The position numbers and the translations under genes were made by a program. The notes beneath the pieces are model-generated. The model saw only the letters and a list, made by a program, of their open reading frames with translations, did no database searches and was not told where the DNA came from. From the human T2T-CHM13v2.0 reference genome, Homo sapiens, in NCBI RefSeq assembly GCF_009914755.1, contig NC_060938.1: a stretch of DNA of 64,000 bases; one strand, given 5' to 3'. Of this stretch, positions 55,401-64,000 are shown one piece after another; position 1 is the stretch's first letter; every line of letters begins with the position of its first letter.

Positions 55401-58369
55401 TCAGGCACCAGTTATTACCTATTACAGTGGATGATGTGAAAACCTAAAGAAAATTCTTCTGTAGTACAAACTTTTTGAGAGTTTATCAAGATTATCTCTA
55501 AAATGATAATGATAATTTTCTTCATGGAAGAATAACAATATTTAAATTAACAAGGAAGCTTGAAAATTTTAAGTACAGATAGATTATCAGTTATAAATGG
55601 TGTGAACTGATAAATGTTATTTGTATAAAACCAGAAACAATAAAGCATTTTTATCTTCTGTAATAAAATCTCAAAATTCATGGAAGTCAACTCTTATTTT
55701 AAAACAATACGTGTATACAGTCCTAATATTTTGCATATGCTTATTTTAGGTTGACAGCCTATGGAAATGCTTACTTATGCATAGTATATGAATTTCTAGT
55801 AATCATTTATTATAAAGAAATATGAATAACTGTGCATTAGGTGCAAAACTGACGTTTACCTCCAAATAATTTATATTAGTAATTTGCTCTAGAATGGTTC
55901 ACCTATTTTTGCTAAGAAAATGTTTAGATATAGTTTTCTAATTACAAATAAGTCAATATTACACCCTCACCTTATATTTAATGTTTGTGTTTAAAACTTT
56001 TTCCTTATCCTTGAAGATAGATAATCCAATCATGAATATAATCTTTACAATATATCTGGAATGCTCACTTTATTTACATTTGGAAGCAATGTCTTTTAAA
56101 ATGACACAATCATGTATAAAATGATCTGAAAATTAATTGGAATTGATAATGCACTTAAAAATTTTAATTACATGCTACTATCTTATTAAAAATTAAACTT
56201 ATGATTATGTAAAAGTGAATAAACCCTTGAGAAACTCAAGACCATGTGAATATTATTTCAGGCAGGTTGGATAAAGAAATTTCTTATGATTGTATGTCTT
56301 TCATTAGTACATGACCCAAAAATTAAAAATATATATTTTCATACATTATGTTTTCAGTTTTAAATCAGGAATAAAACATGATGAATGACAAATAGTTAGG
56401 TATTTTTGATATATTTAAAAATCAGTAAATTCTATATTGTAGTAGATGTGCTAAATATTCCTTTTAGTCAATCTGATGTATTCAAGACAATGGAAATTTT
56501 GAATTATAACATCAAAATGTCACTTTTATCATTTTAATATATTTACTGAAGTGTCAAAATAAAAAATTATTGGGAGATGAAAAGTTTTAATAAATATAAT
56601 TAAAATGATTCATGCAATAATATTTAATACTTTGTGCCACCACATATAATGTGTGATTGCATAAGTTTAAATATTCCAAAGCTTTATAAAATTATGTAAA
56701 TTAGATGTGACATTATTTTATCATTAATAAAAACATATAGTGAATTTTAAATTTCAGTGCCTTCAAGCTATTAAGTGGCAGAATCTGAAAACAAGGTATA
56801 ACTTTCTCATTAAATTTACTCTATCACATTGAATCTGAGATCAGATTATATAAAAAACACAAAATAATACCATAACTTTCAAGTCAAAACAGTATTTCAA
56901 CTTTATAAAGATGGATGATGTACAAGAAGAGAAAACTCCTTAAAATTATATATCAAACATCTAATGTTTAGATTTTATTCAACACTAAAGAGACTTTTTT
57001 TTTAGTATGTGTGATTTCACTTTATTTACAGAAATTTTTGATACATAAATGAAATAATTTTACTTTATAAGAGAAAATTTGTTATCTCCTTTTTTCAAAT
57101 ATATGCTTAGATTAATAGTTTGATATATAAAGCTTGATATCCATAGAATGTTTCAAGAAGATTGCCTCTTGATATAAATGAAGTACATATAAAATGTATA
57201 TCAAACTACTGGCTTCCAAAAACAAATATAATGGTTGTAATATAAAAACATAATTTTGAATCCTGAAATTCTGGAAACAATTTATAATTTATTTTTAGTA
57301 CAATTAGTTCCTAAACTGTAAATTAAAATAATAATTGATAAATTATAATTATAAATTATAACTAAATTGATACATTTTAAAGCAAATATCCAGTTTATTT
57401 GACAACATTTATATTGGGTAATTAACAAAATTTTTTCACTGTAATATGAAGCCATTTTCTCAAAATTATAAATGAGATCTGAATACACCCAGTTCGCATT
57501 TTATTACCTCCTTCTTTAGAGTATTTCCCAATATATAGCTCTTTATAATTTTATAATATTTTGACATGTCTTTTTATGGTGTAGTTGGATGAGTCCACTA
57601 TTTGTTTAGGTACAAAGAGTTCAGCATGCAGTTTCTGCCACTTAATAACTGTTTAATCTTAAACTAGTTTTTATGCTTTCACCTCAATAAGTATTATGGG
57701 AAAAATAATTTCTAGGGGAGGTTTGGTAAAATGTTAACAATGCATTATTATATTGGCCCTCCTATGTTTGTGTATATAGGCATTGCATACATAGGAGAAG
57801 GATAACATGAAAATTCAAAACAAACATATAAAAAGACATGGTAAATATCTAGCTTACAAAAAAAGAACTTGTCATGTTTTTGAATTTCTATATGCAAAAA
57901 GTTACGACATATTTAAAGTCTAAACAGAGACATAGGATGGCTTAAGAAAACCAAAACGCTTACCTGAATAGATAAAAATAAAGGCCACAAATCATAATAA
58001 CAATAAAAAACACAAATGCAGAGAAGTAAGATAGTACTGTAACTGGTATTAACACTGAGAACATCTGTTGAATACTTTTGGCCTAGAACTGAATCTTAGT
58101 GGGTATATATATATTTTTTTCCTTTTCTTTTTTTTTTTTTTTTTGCACAAATTGAGAGATAAACTACCAAACCTGGAACCTACAAAGGGTGAAAGGTTAG
58201 TTGTTTAGAGACGAGACCCCACAGGGAATGATCTCCTGAGTGCACAAAAATGCCCACTTGTTAACAAAAACGAAAGATAATGTATTTGCCCATATTGACA
58301 ATAATATTGAGTAGAAATCAAAAATAAAAGCTAAAAGTCTCCACTAAGTTTCTAGAGACACAATCTAAT

Positions 58370-58632
58370 TGTTACCGGTTGAGCGTGTCCGGCTCCTTGG
58401 CGTTTTGAACAAAGAACTGGACAAAATGCACAAAGCAAGGAAAGAATGAAGCAACAAAAGCAGAGATTTACTGAAAATGAAAGTACACTCTACAGGGTAG
58501 GAGCTGGCCTGAGAAAAGGTGCTCAAGAGCCCGATTACAGAGTTTTCTGAGGAAACCCTCTAGTGGTTTCCCATTGGTTACTTGGTGTACACTCTATGTA
58601 AATGAAGTCGAAGCCCACATCAGAATGATTGT
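58370..58632 (-). mobile_element. Partial ERV1 LTR (MER51-like)
   Basis: TGTTACCGG...TTGGCGTTTTGAACAAAGAACTGGACAAAA...AAAATGAAAGTACACTC. Confidence 0.7.
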
Positions 58633-58914
58633 TTCTCAGAATTGTTTAAAAACGCCAATCCTCAGATTTGGGGCTGGGGCCAAATAAATTAAAAACCAAC
58701 CTATAACTATCACTCTAAAATAAGCCAAAATTTAAAAAATAAACAATATGAAAATTGATGTAAAATAAAGCAAAACATAAAATTATAGAAATAGATGAAA
58801 ATATTAACTATTTTAAAAATATTAATGGTAAAAATGCCTTAAAAATTCCCTCTAAGAAAAAAACATTGCCAATTGAGTTTCATGTCTAAAGACAGTTTCA
58901 CAGCTGAAGACTAT

Positions 58915-59005
58915 GAGACAGGCTAAGGTAAGAGAATTGCCTGAGCCCAGAAGGTTATGCCCAACCTGGACAATCTAGCAAGACCCTGTCTCTAAAATAA
59001 AAAAA
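58915..59005 (+). mobile_element. Degenerate FLAM/AluJ fragment
   Basis: AGAATTGCCTGAGCCCAG...AGCAAGACCCTGTCTCTAAAA. Confidence 0.7.
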
Positions 59006-59365
59006 TTATCGGACTAAATAAAAAAAATCCAAATGTACACTATTTAAAAAAAAAACTTTCTAATGCTTAAAGATGGTCAAAAGTAAAATAAGTTTAAGGC
59101 AAAACAATTATGAGTGCAAACCAAAACAAAACCTGTAACTCAAGATCAAGACCAATACAGACTCAAAAAGTTTTAGTACATATTAGATATATTTGTTTTA
59201 AATTTACAGTAATAAAAGAGCTTAAAAATATACAAAGCAAAAATGATAGAACAAGGATAGCTATGTCAATGACAGACTAAATGCATATATAGTTCAATAT
59301 ATGTATAAAAATTTTAACAACAAAATTAACATGTTTAAGCTGAATAAAATACATGGAATGCAGCC

Positions 59366-59734
59366 TGTATTAGTCTGTTTTCACAATACTACAAAGAACT
59401 ATCTGAGATTGGGTAATTTATGAAGAAAAGAGGTTTAACTGACTCACAGTTTTGCATGGCTGGGGAGGTCTCAGGAAACCTACAATCGTGGTGGAAGGCA
59501 AAGGGGAAGCAAGGCACATCTTCCCACAGAGGCAGGAGAAAGAGAAAGAGTGAAGGGGGAAGTGCCACACTTCTAAACCATCAGATCTCCTGAGAACTCA
59601 CTCACTATCAGGAGAACAGCAAAGGGCAAATCTCCCCCCACGGTCCAATCACCTCCCACTTGGTCCCTCCCTCAACACCTGGGGATACAATTCGAGATGA
59701 GATTTGGGTGGGGACACAGAACCAAACCATATCA
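59366..59734 (-). mobile_element. MSTA-like MaLR solo LTR
   Basis: TGTATTAGTC...AAACCATATCA; perfect 5-bp TSD CAGCC. Confidence 0.92.
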
Positions 59735-60642
59735 CAGCCCTTCCAAACTAAAGCATATACATTATTTCAAAAACCCATGATATATTTGGATAAGTAATCA
59801 TGTGCTGGTCATATCTTATTAAAAAATTAGTATCGTAGGCCTTATTTTTCAGCCATATTGTTATCACTATAGACATTAGTAACAATAGTAAAATAACAAA
59901 AGACCCTTTGGACATAAAAATTTAATGAGCACATACAAAAATAATAATACAAATAAAATTCCCTAGAACTCAGTATGTAAATATTACTTCTTGAAACTTG
60001 TGAAAGGCAGCTAAAGCAGTACGTCTAAATTTGTATTACACAATATATGGTAATTATAACAGATGGGATGAAAAAAATCATCATTACTAAGATGTCAAAT
60101 TCCCCAGATTAATCTGTCAAATTTTACTGTATTTGGTGGAATATCATTATGTCATATCTCATTAAATGTCAATGACTTTCAACAAGATAATAAGTTCTTG
60201 TTGATAGATTGATCATCTCCCAATAGGCAGCCTTAGTACTCCAGTTTTTCTTAGTGACTCACTGGCTACTTATTTTGGGCTGGGGATTACTATGATGAAG
60301 CTATATGGCCCTGGAAAGAAACAGATAACTATTTGAAAAACATGGTAGCATTTTATCCTGTTTAGCATTTTTCAAATTGTAATATTTTTATATAATATTA
60401 AAACGTAGCCTTCTCAAAAGTTAATGTAACATACTAAAAGCCATTAAAATATCCTAATTTGGCAAACCAGACTAGTTTTAATTACCCATACAATTCTAAG
60501 GTTTATGACCTCTGAAGTAATATTCCACAACTGTTTTGTAATCAATCTGTAATTATTTTTGTGATGTCACAGAGTAGCTGATCCCCCTCCAAAAAATAAA
60601 CAGCTTTCAAAACATTTGTTATTATTTATCATTGTCTATGCA

Positions 60643-60816
60643 TGTATTCATTTTGTGCTGCTATTATGGAATACCTGAGACTATGTAAATTATAAACCAC
60701 ATAAATTTATTTCTCACCATTCTAGAGACCAGGAAGTCCAAGGTGAAAGGGCTGGTAAAACTTTCAAGGGCCTTCTTGATACATAATGCCATGGCAGAAA
60801 GCAAAAGGGTGAAGAA
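60643..60816 (-). mobile_element. Partial MaLR LTR (MSTC/MSTD/MLT1A-like)
   Basis: AATACCTGAGACT...AATTTATTTCTCAC...GGAAGTCCAAG. Confidence 0.7.
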
Positions 60817-61114
60817 AGCTGGGTGCGGTGGCTCACACCTGTAATCCTAGCACTTTGTGAGGCTGAGGTGGGTGGATCACAATGTCAGGAGATCGAGACC
60901 ATCCTGGCCAAAATGGTGAATCCCTGTCTCTTCTAAAAATAGAAAAATTAACTGGGTGTGGTGTCGCGTGCCTGTAATCCCAGAAACTTGGGAGGCTGAG
61001 GCAGGAGAATCACTTGAACCAGGGAGTCAGAGGTTGCAGTTAGCCGATATCGTGCCACTGCACTCCAGCCTGGCGACAGAGTGAGACTCCGTCTCAAAAA
61101 AAAAAAAAAAAAAA
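60817..61114 (+). mobile_element. AluSc-like
   Basis: GAGATCGAGACCATCCTGGCC and CAGCCTGGCGACAGAG; TSD AAAAG(G)GTGAAGAAA. Confidence 0.93.
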
Positions 61115-62098
61115 GGTGAAGAAAATAAATCCAAATTATTCTGTGTGTCATATTTAGTTAGATCTATCCTACTGTCCATATGATACAAGAGCTGTAAGTA
61201 AAATTAAATCTAAATAAAACATGGTTTAAATAAATTTGACATTTTAAGTGAAAGTATGCCAGTATATTTAGAACAGTTCCATGAGTATAAAACCCTTACA
61301 CTCTCCATAAAATTATATTCAACCACCATTTGACTGCAGTTTGTTGCTTCATAGTCTGAGAAAGGCTCTTCCACTTAAATATTGCACCTATTTTCTAGAC
61401 CTGGGAAAAATAGTACATGCCAGTCAACTAGGTATACTTAAAAGAGTATTCCAAAAATGCTTATCCAGTGCTTTTTGTTTATATTTCATTGGTATAACTA
61501 TGTCTCCTAGTAGTATTGGCTACAATGGGCCCTGAGAGACACATTTTTTTTTAAGCTGGAAGATGGTTTTCTTTATGATAATTATGGTTAATTTACAGAA
61601 GACAAAAATGCAACTTAGGCTATTATCTGTGAATGTCACATGAATCCAGTGCATTTATTTGCCATTGCTTATTTATTGGTATAGGTCCTAACCTTGTGAC
61701 TTACTCCTCTATACCAAAGTGAACAGTGAAGATGTTCTATAACAAATCTCTCCATGGGAAACATTTATATTCTTATCCTACTTTAGTAACATCCCTTTTT
61801 GGAATAAACACACTCTGCAGAATAGAATGGAAGCCCTGCTGGAACTTTTTTTTTCTTTCTCTTAAAACAATCATAGTCAATTTTAAGAGACTATGTTAGG
61901 GTTCTCTAAGTGGACTTGATGATGAAGGGCTACTAGTAATGCCTGTCTTTATACTTTGTGGATCAGATAATGTCATACTGACTGAGAGAAATAAATATTC
62001 TGGTTACATGGGTTCCATGATACTTACATTAGTACCAAGGGCTGTTTCTCGAAAAGATCTAAAAAAGAATAGAGATTTCTTCAAAAATTTGATATACA

Positions 62099-62467
<369 letters not shown>

Positions 62468-62544
62468 CTACAAAGTCCCATATGAAAGAATCAAATGGCC
62501 AAATTTAAAGCAGAGGAACTTGCCCTGGATTTTAAGAATGTGGA

Positions 62545-62838
62545 TTTTTTTTTTTTTTTTGAGATGGAGTCTCACTTTGTCACCCAGGCTGGAATGCAGT
62601 GGCACAGTCTTGGCTCACTGCAACCTCTGCCTCCCAGGTTGACACAATTATCTGCCTCAGCCTCTCAAGTAGCTGGGATTAGAGGTGCCTGCCACCACAC
62701 CTGGCTAATTTTTGTCTTTTTAGAAGAGATGGGGTTTCACCATTTTGTCCATGCTGGTCTTGAACTTCTGACCTCATGATCCACCCGCCTCTGCGTCCCA
62801 AAGTGCTGGGATTACAGGCATGAGCCACCGAGCCCGGC
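62545..62838 (-). mobile_element. AluS (Sg/Sx-like)
   Basis: Antisense dimer with a T16 tail. Confidence 0.92.
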
Positions 62839-64000
62839 GGAATTTTTCTAAAAATGACTTTCTTAACTCACAATATATAAGTCCCTTAACCTCATAGGTA
62901 AGTCTTATTTTCCAGATATAAATGAAATTTCAATGTTGAAAAACAAAGGAGCATGACATATGCCAAGTCTACAAGAATAGCTATCGAATTCATTCAAGAT
63001 GAAATTTAGAGCAGAATATTATATAATTATTTTAAATAAAAGTAAAGGATATGACTTAGGGTGGTGGTCCATGGTACTTGATGAGTTGAGAGGTATTATT
63101 AACACTCTTCAACTGTGATCGATTTTTCAGTAGGTTAATGACCAGTTTGAAGTATTTGAAGAATTAATTTCTCTTTGTAGTCTACAAGGAAAAAATTCAA
63201 GTGAAAATATTCTCACTTGAATTTTTTCAAATATGTCAAGTTAAAACTGATTTCGTACATCCAGAAATGGAATCTGCTAAGATGGTTTACAAATATTGGT
63301 GGTAAAAATGTATGTGCATCAAAAAGTACGTAATTGGAAAAATTTATAGTATGTGAAAATGCAAGGTATATAAAATCTTTTGTTATTCCCTATTACCAGC
63401 ATCTAGTTGAAGAAAATGTTTGAATCTATCATGTGAACTTCATTTATCCTTGTCTATGTAACCATTGTTAATTCTATAAATATTTTTATGGAAAATTGAA
63501 GAATCCTAACCTACCTGCATAATAATTAGGTCGTTTAGCAGTGGTAACATTTTATACTAATTATTTGGACAGATCGACGTGATTGAAATTTTTCTAAAGA
63601 AGAATCACCCCAATCACTTCATTGAAACGCTTTGAAATTAGCTTTTATTGTAAACATTTGTAGATATTTATCAAAACTAATTCAAAAATTACAAAGCAGA
63701 ATAGTGCTTACATGGAAAGTGTTGACTACTATAATGTAATTTCAACAACTAAACAATAAATCATTTAGCAAAATGCCAATCTGCTGTACATTCTCTCTGT
63801 GCTTTCATAACTTATAACAAAAAGGTTGTTCTTCATTCCCATGCAAATTTGCAGTAAAATGTATTTTCTCTGAGTTCAAACTACAGTTTCAGGACTGGTA
63901 TTTGAAAATTGATGTAGCTATTAAAGAAAATTTAATATTTCAAAATGAATGTAATTATACAATTGAGAAACTCCTACCTAACCTTTAACTGGAAGTGACA

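Overview
Human/primate genomic DNA, not prokaryotic: about 20 Alu elements plus L1/L2/MIR relics, MaLR and ERV1 LTRs, an Hsmar2 mariner and a MADE1. I see no credible protein-coding exon; the supplied ORFs I could attribute come from Alu, other repeats or low-complexity sequence, and the rest are short with no recognisable homology. The window is a mosaic of three blocks: an Alu-dense block (1-10.5 kb), a middle block (10.5-17.2 kb) with a GC-rich core at 12.7-16.4 kb, and an AT-rich, Alu-poor block (17.2-64 kb). Both junctions fall at anomalous Alus, as is typical of segmental duplications. The standout structure is a nearly spacerless palindrome centred at ~14901. It looks like a head-to-head promoter with 3 CCAAT boxes per arm. 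The left arm has an intact histone-H2B-style octamer + TATA + Inr, and the right arm has decayed copies of the octamer and TATA. Homologous first-exon-like sequences with 5' splice donors follow on both sides, then G-rich tandem repeats on each putative transcript's sense strand. Repeat subfamily calls come from remembered consensus motifs, not RepeatMasker. The locus identity is unverified.
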